A stretch of 64,000 nt of DNA, from positions 4,912 through 68,911 of the forward strand of contig CAYLJU010000002.1 of the NCBI GenBank assembly GCA_964384115.1, written 5' to 3'. Both the position numbers and the translations under genes were made by a program. Shown one piece after another: positions 1 to 8,055 of the stretch. The notes beneath the pieces are model-generated. The model had not been told where the DNA came from, did not search any database, and saw nothing but the letters and a program-made list of their open reading frames with translations. Each line of letters opens with the position of its first letter. The first letter of the stretch is position 1. The DNA is from an uncultured Muribaculaceae bacterium (GTDB taxonomy: Bacteria; Bacillota_I; Bacilli_A; RF39; UBA660).

Positions 1-141
1 ATAATTCATAAATTCATCAGTGGCATAATACACCATATTTGTTTTTATAGTTTCTAACAATAAACTTAAAGCACTATCATAACTGATAATAATATCACCA
101 CCGACACATTTTAAACATACTTTTTTTTGATACTTTTCCAT
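1..141 (-). CDS. Partial small Cys-containing protein (CxxC), 5' end outside window
   Basis: Minus-strand ORF MEKYQKKVCLKCVGG... starting at ATG (complement of 139-141) and running off the window; not in the ORF track (it has no in-window end). Confidence 0.3.
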   Translation of the reverse strand, partial: MEKYQKKVCLKCVGGDIIISYDSALSLLLETIKTNMVYYATDEFMNY

Positions 142-246
142 ATTATATTTATTCCTTTTTTAAATTTCAATTAAATTTATTTTTTAATTGACAAATAAAT
201 TTTAATTGATTTTTGGAGTTTCTGAAAAGTTATAATTACTTAAAAT

Positions 247-597
247 TTAGTGATTTTTATGATTATACTTTTTAATAGGTTTTCCATATTGTCCTGATAC
301 ATCTTGTCCCCAACAAAATTTACAACGATAAATAAAACCATCACTAATAAGTTTATTCTTTAATTTACCATAAACAAAATTCTGATTAAACATATTAACA
401 AATTCATTTTTCTTTTTAAATTCTTCGTGTTGTTGTTTTAAATAATCAACTCTTTTATTTTTTTCTCTTTCTTCATCAATTTTCTTTAAATAATTATCTA
501 TCCTCTTTTCAATAGCAATTTGTATATCTTCATCAAGTCCAAAAGTAATAGTAGTATCATTTATACCTAATAATTTTAATAACTCTTTATCGTTCAT
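247..597 (-). CDS. Hypothetical protein on integrated element (C-terminal CxxC/zinc-finger-like)
   Basis: 116-aa ORF with a charged helical N-terminus and a C-terminal YRCKFCWGQD motif; overlaps the upstream xis-like gene by 11 nt (operon). Confidence 0.45.
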   Translation of the reverse strand: MNDKELLKLLGINDTTITFGLDEDIQIAIEKRIDNYLKKIDEEREKNKRVDYLKQQHEEFKKKNEFVNMFNQNFVYGKLKNKLISDGFIYRCKFCWGQDVSGQYGKPIKKYNHKNH

Positions 598-769
598 TCT
601 TAACCCCTCTTGAATTGATAAAAGTTTTTAAATCAATTTCACTAACTAAATATTGCCTACCAATAAAATGTGCCTTTAATTGATGAGATTTAATTAAATA
701 TCTTAAATATGGTATAGGTGTTTTTAATTTAAAAGATATTTCTTTTAGTGTGTAATATATTTCATTCAT
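587..769 (-). CDS. Excisionase-family helix-turn-helix DNA-binding protein (Xis-like)
   Basis: 60 aa; 'LKEISFKLKTPIPYLRYLIKSHQLKAHFIGRQYLVSEIDL' matches the MerR-type excisionase HTH signature found next to recombinases on mobile elements. Confidence 0.55.
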   Translation of the reverse strand: MNEIYYTLKEISFKLKTPIPYLRYLIKSHQLKAHFIGRQYLVSEIDLKTFINSRGVKNER

Positions 770-1162
770 ATTATCTTTTCCTCCTTATTCTTTTAGTAGT
801 AAAACAAAGAGAAAAATAAAAAAACCTATTGATAGTATATATATAATACCTACATAGTAAATTTAATAAAATGTTATAAAATAATTATTTATATTTGACC
901 GTTTTTAAGACCTTTTTTAGCAATTTTAAGAGGTATTAAATATCGTTCTAATGTATTTATATTAAAAAGATTAAATCTAACAGGAGCAACCTCTAAAATC
1001 AATATTTTAAGTATAGGGGGGCTTTTTAAAGTAAAAAAAGATATTCAAGTCCTAAAAAGACCACATAGTCCATAATTAAATTGAGCCAAATTAAAATAAC
1101 ATTTTAATAAATATATTTAAAATTATATAAAACAACAATAATTGATGATATAATATTGATAG

Positions 1163-2014
1163 ATGATATGTATGAGAAAAAAAAGATATAAGATTAAAAA
1201 ATTAAATGTTCTAATTTTTATTATTGGTGTAATATGTTTCATATTTCTTATCATTTCTTTAATTAACATAATTCATTGGAAAATAAATTCAAATGAAATA
1301 AAAGAAGAAACAAATAATATAAATGAGATAGTAGAAATTATAGAAGTAGAAGAAACAGAAGAACAAGAAATTGAAATTATAGAACAAGAAATAGAACCTG
1401 AACCATTTAATCCATATTGGGATTATATAAAAATGAACTTAATTGATGTAGAATTCAATGAACTAAAAAAAATTAACGATGACACAAAAGGATGGATACA
1501 AGTTAATGGAACAAATATTAACTATCCATTCGTTCAAGCAACCGATAACAAATATTATTTAACTCACACATTCAATAAAAATTATAATTCTGCTGGATGG
1601 GTATTTTTAGATTATCGTAATGACATAAATAACCTAAATAAAAATACCATTATATATGCTCACGGAAGAGATGATAAAACTATGTTTGGTTCATTAAAAA
1701 ATATATTAAAAAGTGGATGGTTAAACAATACAGATAACTATATAATTAAATTATCAACAGAAACACACAACACTCTATGGCAAGTATTCAGTGTCTATCG
1801 TATTCCTACAACAAGTGATTATTTAAAAATAGATTTTTATAGTAGTGAAGATTTTATAGATTTTACAAATAAACTAATAAATAGAAGCAAACATAATTTT
1901 AATACAACAATAAATGAAAATGATAAAATACTCACTCTTTCCACTTGTTATAATGATGATGACAAAGTAGTTCTTCATTCTAAACTAATTAAAATAGAAA
2001 CAAAAAATAGTTAG
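1163..2014 (+). CDS. srtB: Sortase, class B family (SrtB-like)
   Basis: N-terminal TM anchor plus an acidic linker. 'GWIQVNGTNINYP', 'NTIIYAHGRDDKTMF' (His) and 'LTLSTC' (catalytic Cys) align with S. aureus SrtB. The position of the catalytic Arg appears to hold Lys (DDKVVLHSKLI against S. aureus SrtB TTKRIVVVAKII). Confidence 0.75.
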   Translation: MICMRKKRYKIKKLNVLIFIIGVICFIFLIISLINIIHWKINSNEIKEETNNINEIVEIIEVEETEEQEIEIIEQEIEPEPFNPYWDYIKMNLIDVEFNELKKINDDTKGWIQVNGTNINYPFVQATDNKYYLTHTFNKNYNSAGWVFLDYRNDINNLNKNTIIYAHGRDDKTMFGSLKNILKSGWLNNTDNYIIKLSTETHNTLWQVFSVYRIPTTSDYLKIDFYSSEDFIDFTNKLINRSKHNFNTTINENDKILTLSTCYNDDDKVVLHSKLIKIETKNS

Positions 2015-2043
2015 ATTTTCCTAACTATTTTTCATTATACAAA

Positions 2044-3630
2044 TTAAATCTTACTTTTTGATTTATTATTTCTTATCAAGAAATATATTGTTCCACATAA
2101 GCCAATAAATGAAATAACACTAATTATAATATTATTTGAAATTCCATCAAGTGTTTGTGGGTTTTCTATTGCTTCACTTGCTAATACATAAGTACTAAAA
2201 TGATTAGTAATAAATTTTACATAATTTTTACCATCTACTTTAACTACTTCACCATCATATACTTCTTTATCTTCTGATGTTTCAGAAACATAATAAACTT
2301 TATGTTTATCTCCAACTTTATATTTTTCATCTACTGGAAAATAAACTTCTATTCCTTTATCAATTTTATTTACAAATGTTCCATCAAAAGATTTTGTTAA
2401 TGACATATCATAAGCAGATTTTACAACTAAATTTTCTTTATCAAATCTATCTTTTATTTTTTTATTATCTTTAACATCATTTGCTTTTACTCTAACATCA
2501 AGAGGAACATCATAACTATCAGTTTTAACATTTACACCAGTTTTGCTATCGTGTGCCTCTACATATAAATCTTCTACATATTCTTTTGGAACCTCAACAA
2601 CAACAAAAAATAATTCTTTATCATTTATAGTTATTGTAGAATAATAACCAGTAGCATCTATTCCCTCTGTTCCTAAAAAATTATTTACATAATTATCAAC
2701 CCATTCAGAACCTAACTCATCATCAGCAGTATAACCATTTTCAATTTCAACTTCAATTTCAACCTTGTTATTAAAATATTCATTTAATCTTGTTTCTACT
2801 TTCTCTTTTAAATTACCAGTGCTATCTTTATCTACAAATAAAATTCGTTCTTCATAATGGTCTAGTTGCTTAATACCATACATAACTCCATCTTTAAACA
2901 TTCCAGCTTGAATAACACGATGTCTTGTTATAGGGTCTCCTCCACCTCTACCACCGTTAGATACATATTGATATTCAGGATATTGTTCCATTATTTTCTT
3001 AAAATTTGAATAACGAGCAAATATAGCATCTTTTTTATAATCTGCTTCTTCTAAATTACCATAATGATATGTTAAATTAACTAATTGTAATCCATATAAT
3101 CTATCTTCTTTTTTAAAGTTTGATAAAATCTTCTTGGCTTTTTCAACTTCTTTCATATTTACATCTGTTAGATATGAAATTTCTACATCAATTTCCATAT
3201 GTTCAGTACCATTTTCAGTATCATAATAATAATCAATAGTTGCCTTATTTTTATTTGGGTTTTCAATATCAAAATTCAAGTATAAATCAGTAGCATCATA
3301 ACCTAAATACTTTAAATATAATTTCATCATATCATTATAATACATTCCCAAACACATATTAGTTTGCTCTAAAATCCATTCATCACTTGACATACCATCT
3401 TCTGTATCATATCTATCATTATAATCATCTGTTGTAAATAAACATTCATTCTCAATAATAATATCAGGATTTACTATTTTTGTTTTAAAATATTTTTTAC
3501 CATCTACTTCTTCAAATGGCAAATTTTCTAATTTAGCAAGCACTTCTTCCTCTGTTAAAGCACTTACAAAATTAGGTGTAATCATTGTAATCATAACAAG
3601 CATAAACAATATAAAATTTTTCTTTTTCAT
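2044..3630 (-). CDS. Cell-wall-anchored surface protein with NPQT-type (sortase B) sorting signal
   Basis: Signal peptide MKKKNFILFMLVMITMITPNFVSA, probable start at 3630 after a GGAGGAG RBS. C-terminus 'NPQTLDG' + hydrophobic segment + KSKSKI is a sorting signal resembling SrtB substrates (NPQTN). Adjacent and divergent to the sortase gene. Confidence 0.7.
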   Translation of the reverse strand: MKKKNFILFMLVMITMITPNFVSALTEEEVLAKLENLPFEEVDGKKYFKTKIVNPDIIIENECLFTTDDYNDRYDTEDGMSSDEWILEQTNMCLGMYYNDMMKLYLKYLGYDATDLYLNFDIENPNKNKATIDYYYDTENGTEHMEIDVEISYLTDVNMKEVEKAKKILSNFKKEDRLYGLQLVNLTYHYGNLEEADYKKDAIFARYSNFKKIMEQYPEYQYVSNGGRGGGDPITRHRVIQAGMFKDGVMYGIKQLDHYEERILFVDKDSTGNLKEKVETRLNEYFNNKVEIEVEIENGYTADDELGSEWVDNYVNNFLGTEGIDATGYYSTITINDKELFFVVVEVPKEYVEDLYVEAHDSKTGVNVKTDSYDVPLDVRVKANDVKDNKKIKDRFDKENLVVKSAYDMSLTKSFDGTFVNKIDKGIEVYFPVDEKYKVGDKHKVYYVSETSEDKEVYDGEVVKVDGKNYVKFITNHFSTYVLASEAIENPQTLDGISNNIIISVISFIGLCGTIYFLIRNNKSKSKI

Positions 3631-4064
3631 TTTCACTACTCCTCCTATCATAATTTGATTATAACACAATTTGTAGATTTTTTACCAACAAAATTAAAAT
3701 TATATGTTTTTGTTAAATTTAATACTTTACAGAAACTACATAACATATAATATAATCTTAATAAATAATATAAATATATATATTTATTGAAAGATAATTA
3801 TTTTATTATATTTATAAGATGGAAAAGAAATTATACTTATAATATATTATACTTGTATTACATAAGATAATTATTTGAATATATTTATTTCATTATATTT
3901 AAGATATATATTATTTATTTAATTTATAATTATTTTAAATAATATTTATTATATTTAACTTAATTTACTTATATAGTATATAACTAATTTAATTATTATA
4001 ATTTTATACACTCTAATAAATATATATATAAATATATTTATTTAAAAATAAAAGAATGAACTAA

Positions 4065-4589
4065 TTATAAGTCCATTCCCTCTATTGAATAAAAATCTAC
4101 TGAATTAAAATTATCTATGTTAATTAAATCTAATTTATCATAACCATTAAAAAAATTATTACAAAGCATTTGTGCCATATCTTGTTTTATATTTTCATCA
4201 TCTAAATAAAGAAAATAATATTTCTCCATTGATTTATAAATATCAGGTTTAAATTTAATAGCACTACATTTCACTAAAGAACTCATAGCCCCCATTTCAG
4301 ACACTAATATAGATAATATTTTTAATGTATTTTCAGTTTTTAAAACTATATCTTTATCTTTACTATCTAAATCAAATACTATTTTATTTTCATCATTTGC
4401 TTTTTTCATTATTGGAATAATATATTCATTAACATATTTTTCACAAGTTTTATCATATTCTTTTGTTCTCTTAATATATTCAACTTCAACTTTTGCCATT
4501 TCTTGATATTTGTTTTCAATACTTGGTATTTTATTATCAATTAAACTACCTGTCATATTATTAGAAAAGTCAAGAACTGTTTGATACAC
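4065..4589 (-). CDS. Hypothetical protein; probably the 3' portion of a longer frameshifted gene (about 4065..4834)
   Basis: 174-aa ORF. An upstream ORF starting at 4834 (RBS GGAG; MKKVNVYKSMKPNKNNF...) continues into this frame after a +1 shift at an A7/T7 homopolymer (4725-4731). Confidence 0.4.
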   Translation of the reverse strand: MYQTVLDFSNNMTGSLIDNKIPSIENKYQEMAKVEVEYIKRTKEYDKTCEKYVNEYIIPIMKKANDENKIVFDLDSKDKDIVLKTENTLKILSILVSEMGAMSSLVKCSAIKFKPDIYKSMEKYYFLYLDDENIKQDMAQMLCNNFFNGYDKLDLINIDNFNSVDFYSIEGMDL

Positions 4590-4843
4590 ATAATCTTGTT
4601 CTTCTTCTGTTGCTTTAGCATTACAACAATTAAGGAAATTTTGATAATAATTTTCAAGTTTTTTATTATCTTTTAAAAATTTTTCATTACAATAATCTAT
4701 TAAATTTTCTTCATCTAATTTTGGAAAAAAACAAACTTTGTATAGTATAAATTAACTTTGTTAAGATTACTATTACCACCTTTAAAATTATTTTTATTTG
4801 GTTTCATACTTTTATAAACATTTACTTTTTTCATAATCTACTC

Positions 4844-5062
4844 CTAACTAATTCTAATATATATATCTTTATTTTTTCGTATAATAGTATCAACTATTTT
4901 TAGTGCTTCCTCAAATTGATGTAATTTAATCAATTCAAAAACTTTTTCTAATCTTTCAACTATTTTTAAAAGCATATTATTTTGATTTTTCAATTTAATT
5001 CTATTTTTACTAATTTTATAAATATTCATAATAAAATAATATAAATCATAATTTTGAAGCAT
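4844..5062 (-). CDS. Small hypothetical protein (72 aa)
   Basis: ORF-track only; no recognisable domain. Confidence 0.2.
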   Translation of the reverse strand: MLQNYDLYYFIMNIYKISKNRIKLKNQNNMLLKIVERLEKVFELIKLHQFEEALKIVDTIIRKNKDIYIRIS

Positions 5063-5191
5063 TACTACTTCATTTATTTTATTTTTATGTATGAGAATTA
5101 TTAGTTCATTTCTTGATATTATGAATGTGCTAGCAAAGGAAAGGATTTATAAAAATTCTTATGTCGGCATAAGTTTAATTAGGTGAAACTT

Positions 5192-5302
5192 ATGAATATC
5201 AAAATTGAATTTAATGAAGATGGTGAAAATTTACAAGAAATTATAGAAGAAAATTTAGTAGATTTTTACTATGAATTTTATGAGGTGAAAATAGCATAAA
5301 CC
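5192..5302 (+). CDS. Small acidic ORF (36 aa) upstream of the serine recombinase
   Basis: ATG preceded by AGGTGA; MNIKIEFNEDGENLQEIIEENLVDFYYEFYEVKIA; the position suggests a recombination-directionality/accessory factor, but this is speculative. Confidence 0.2.
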
Positions 5303-5377
5303 ATTGAAAAATAAGGGTTTATTTGGTATAATATATATAACATTGAATGTATATATTTTACCAAGTTAGGAGGAAAA

Positions 5378-7000
5378 ATGTTTGAGAGTAAAATATATAA
5401 TGTTGGAATTTATATTCGCCTATCAAGAGAAGATGAAGATAAAAGAAAAATTGAAAGTGAAAGTATAACAAATCAAAGAAATCTTATACTTAACTATATA
5501 AACAGGTCTGATGAAAAGTTTAAAATATATGATGAGTATGTTGATGATGGTGTATCAGGAACTACTTTTGAAAGACCAAATTTTCAAAGACTAATCAGAG
5601 ATATTGAAAGTGGCAAAATAAATTGTGTTATCACAAAAGATTATTCAAGATTAGGTAGAGATTATATTAAATCAGGTGAATATTTAGAAAGATATTTTCC
5701 AGAGCATAATGTAAGATATATTGCCATACTTGATAATATTGATACTATAAGTGATAATGCGGGAAATGATATTGCTCCATATAGAGCAATACTTAACGAC
5801 CAATATGCCAAAGATATATCTAAAAAAGTTAGAGGTTCTGTTTATACTAAAAAAAGTAATGGTGAATTTTTAGGATGGAAAGCAATATATGGTTATAAGA
5901 AAGATGAAAAAAACAAAAACAAATTAGTTATAGATGAAGAAGCAGCAAAAATTGTAAGAAGAATTTTTAAAATGGCTTATAATGGTAAAAGTTGTAAAAA
6001 CATTGCTGATACTCTTTCAAAAGAGGGGGTGCCAATTCCAAGTGTATATGCTAATTTAAATCGTGGAAGAAAGTCATCAGCTTATGGCTTATGGTGTCCG
6101 AGAACTATTGATGAAATGTTATCAAATCAAACTTATATTGGTAATTTAACACAAGGAAGAAGAAAAAGAATAAACTATAAGATTAAAAAAGAAGTTAGAG
6201 TTCCACAAGAACAATGGATTATAGTTGAAAATACACATGAACCTATTATTGATAAAGAAATGTTTGATAAAGTTCAAATACTAAAAGACAAAAATAAAAA
6301 CAAACAAAGTAAATCAAGTAATTACTTATTAAGAGGTTTCTTATATTGTGAAGAATGCGGTCATTCATTAACAATATGTAAAAGAACTGAAACAAGAGCA
6401 TACACAGGTTGTTCTCATTATCAAAAATATAGCAAATTTGGTGTATGTACTCCTCATAGTATGAATTATCAAGATTTAGAAAAAGAAGTATTAAAAGAAG
6501 TTAGAGCAATATGTAGAAAATATGTTAAAAGCACTAATTTTGAAACAATACTTAAAAATTCATCTAAAACAAAAAAGATTAAAGATAATTTAATTGGTGA
6601 AATCAATGCTTGTAAATTAGAAAAAGAAAGATTATCTAATGTTAAGAAAAACATCTATTTTGATAAAGCAAATAATATTATTACACTTGGTGAATATAAA
6701 GAATATTCTAATCAAATAGTAAATGATATTATAATTCAAGATGAAAAATTAAAAGATTTAGAAAAACAATTAAATATCATAGATAATAAAATGACACCTG
6801 ATGATGATTATAAGGTAATAGTTCAAGAATATTTAAGTATGAGAAAACCAAGTAGATTTTTATTAGCAAGTATAATTGATAAAATTGTTATTAACAACAA
6901 CAAAGAAATCACTATTAAATTAAAAATTAAGAACCCAGAACTATATTTAAAAGAATTAAGCACTAAACAAAGTGCTTTAAAAAATAGCCCTGTGTTATAA
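5378..7000 (+). CDS. Large serine recombinase (resolvase/invertase N-domain + recombinase + zinc-ribbon + coiled-coil)
   Basis: N-terminal 'VGIYIRLSREDEDK...ITNQR...GVSGTTFERPNFQRLIRD...DYSRLGRD' is the catalytic serine-recombinase domain. The central Cys cluster CEECGHSL...CSHYQKYSKFGVC and the C-terminal coiled-coil are typical of TndX/CcrB/phiC31-like integrases. Confidence 0.9.
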   Translation: MFESKIYNVGIYIRLSREDEDKRKIESESITNQRNLILNYINRSDEKFKIYDEYVDDGVSGTTFERPNFQRLIRDIESGKINCVITKDYSRLGRDYIKSGEYLERYFPEHNVRYIAILDNIDTISDNAGNDIAPYRAILNDQYAKDISKKVRGSVYTKKSNGEFLGWKAIYGYKKDEKNKNKLVIDEEAAKIVRRIFKMAYNGKSCKNIADTLSKEGVPIPSVYANLNRGRKSSAYGLWCPRTIDEMLSNQTYIGNLTQGRRKRINYKIKKEVRVPQEQWIIVENTHEPIIDKEMFDKVQILKDKNKNKQSKSSNYLLRGFLYCEECGHSLTICKRTETRAYTGCSHYQKYSKFGVCTPHSMNYQDLEKEVLKEVRAICRKYVKSTNFETILKNSSKTKKIKDNLIGEINACKLEKERLSNVKKNIYFDKANNIITLGEYKEYSNQIVNDIIIQDEKLKDLEKQLNIIDNKMTPDDDYKVIVQEYLSMRKPSRFLLASIIDKIVINNNKEITIKLKIKNPELYLKELSTKQSALKNSPVL

Positions 7001-7003
7001 CTT

Positions 7004-7476
7004 CGGATGAGATTGCCTTTTCTTCCTCCGATTATATAGGAATTTTTAAGCATTTCTATATTAAAATTATCAATTTTTTTTCTTGATACTATGAAACTAC
7101 CATCTTTTTTGGTTAATCCGGCAAAATTTACAAGATAGTCTTTTTCTCCTTGATTATATACATATATAGTTGCTTCACTTCCACAAAATCCTATTTGAAC
7201 ATCTCCTGATAAGACAGCTGCTGTTACTTTATCCGCGCCAGCTGTTAGGATTATTTCTACGTCTAGTCCTTCTTCTTCAAAATATCCTAAAGCGTGGGCG
7301 ATGTATTGTGGTGTATAAAATACGGAATGAGTTACTTCGGCAACTTTAACTTTTTTAAGTGTACTTTTTTCATTTTTGAATAAGAATAAAGATCCTATTA
7401 ATACTACTAGTGTAAGTATTAGTATGAGTAAAAAATATTTTTTCATTTTTCCTCCTTTTCTTTTTATTATATTCAA
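7004..7476 (-). pseudogene. 5' fragment of an ABC-transporter substrate-binding protein gene (NMT1/SsuA-like), interrupted by element insertion
   Basis: Lipoprotein/TM N-terminus followed by 'VFYTPQYIAHALGYFEEEGLDVEIILTAGADKVTAAVLSGDVQIGFCG' (NMT1/SsuA-like SBP). Homology stops after about 155 aa right at the recombinase stop codon, and the rest of the ORF is antisense recombinase sequence. Confidence 0.65.
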
Positions 7477-7546
7477 AAAAATAAATATTGTTATTGTTAT
7501 AAATTTTTATATGTGTTAAACTATATATAAGGAGTATAGGTGAATT

Positions 7547-8053
7547 ATGAGTTTATATTATATTGCAAATTTGTATAAGGAAATTGATTATAAGGCATTA
7601 ATTGAAGTTATGTTTGAAGAAGCGGATTCTTTTTATTTAAGAGTTTCAAGATCGAGAATAGGTGATAAATATAACAATGGCCGTGATGAATTTTTGGGTC
7701 TTCCGAAATGTATAATATCTGAAAGTTCAAGGTCTAAATATTATGCTGATATGCATTTTTTAATTACGCCTGAACTTAAGGATATGGTTTTTAAATATTT
7801 AAATCCTGATGGTATATGTGCTTTTGGTTTTTATAAGGATAATATACGTATTTTTTGTACGGAAGAAGCAAGTATGACTTATATTGTTTTAAAGGATGAT
7901 ATGGTTTCTATTAAAACAAAATTATTGAATAAGGGGATTAAAATTGATCGATTTACGGCTATAATGGAACCTTGGGTTATAAATGAAAAAGGTTATGAAT
8001 ATTATGCTAAAAATCCTTCTAAAGTTAAAGATATTAAATTTTTGATGGGGTAG
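7547..8053 (+). CDS. Hypothetical protein (168 aa)
   Basis: Good ORF with an RBS, immediately upstream of pcrA; no recognisable domain. Confidence 0.4.
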   Translation: MSLYYIANLYKEIDYKALIEVMFEEADSFYLRVSRSRIGDKYNNGRDEFLGLPKCIISESSRSKYYADMHFLITPELKDMVFKYLNPDGICAFGFYKDNIRIFCTEEASMTYIVLKDDMVSIKTKLLNKGIKIDRFTAIMEPWVINEKGYEYYAKNPSKVKDIKFLMG

Positions 8054-8055
8054 TT

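Noticed and set aside
880-1030. Possible structured RNA (G6 run, 'GGAGCAACCTC')
   Set aside because: No convincing helices or tRNA-like fold could be drawn; it is probably just the divergent promoter region of the sortase gene.
3670-4064. Highly repetitive TATATA/AATAAT-rich intergenic stretch that might look like a repeat array
   Set aside because: Simple low-complexity AT-rich spacer. There is no regular repeat-spacer periodicity, so it is not a CRISPR array or iteron set.
5158-5173. Perfect hairpin CTTATG-TCGG-CATAAG upstream of the recombinase, considered as an att core
   Set aside because: It is 1.8 kb from the disrupted-gene junction, too far to be the att crossover. It is more likely a small terminator/operator, and nothing supports it either way.
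6469-6654. ORF-track entries lying antisense inside well-supported genes (6469..6654, 11131..11322, 11362..11550, 11748..12029, 12288..12557, 15378..15931, 19186..19446, 22126..22386, 25291..25751, 28934..29143, 29794..30378, 30906..31184, 34801..35109, 38337..38594, 41240..41449, 44895..45131, 52673..52930, 53853..54290, 58400..58696, 59225..59557, 2277..2474)
   Set aside because: They have low-complexity, AT-codon-biased translations fully overlapping strongly supported genes on the opposite strand (or in another frame). These are spurious open frames typical of AT-rich DNA.
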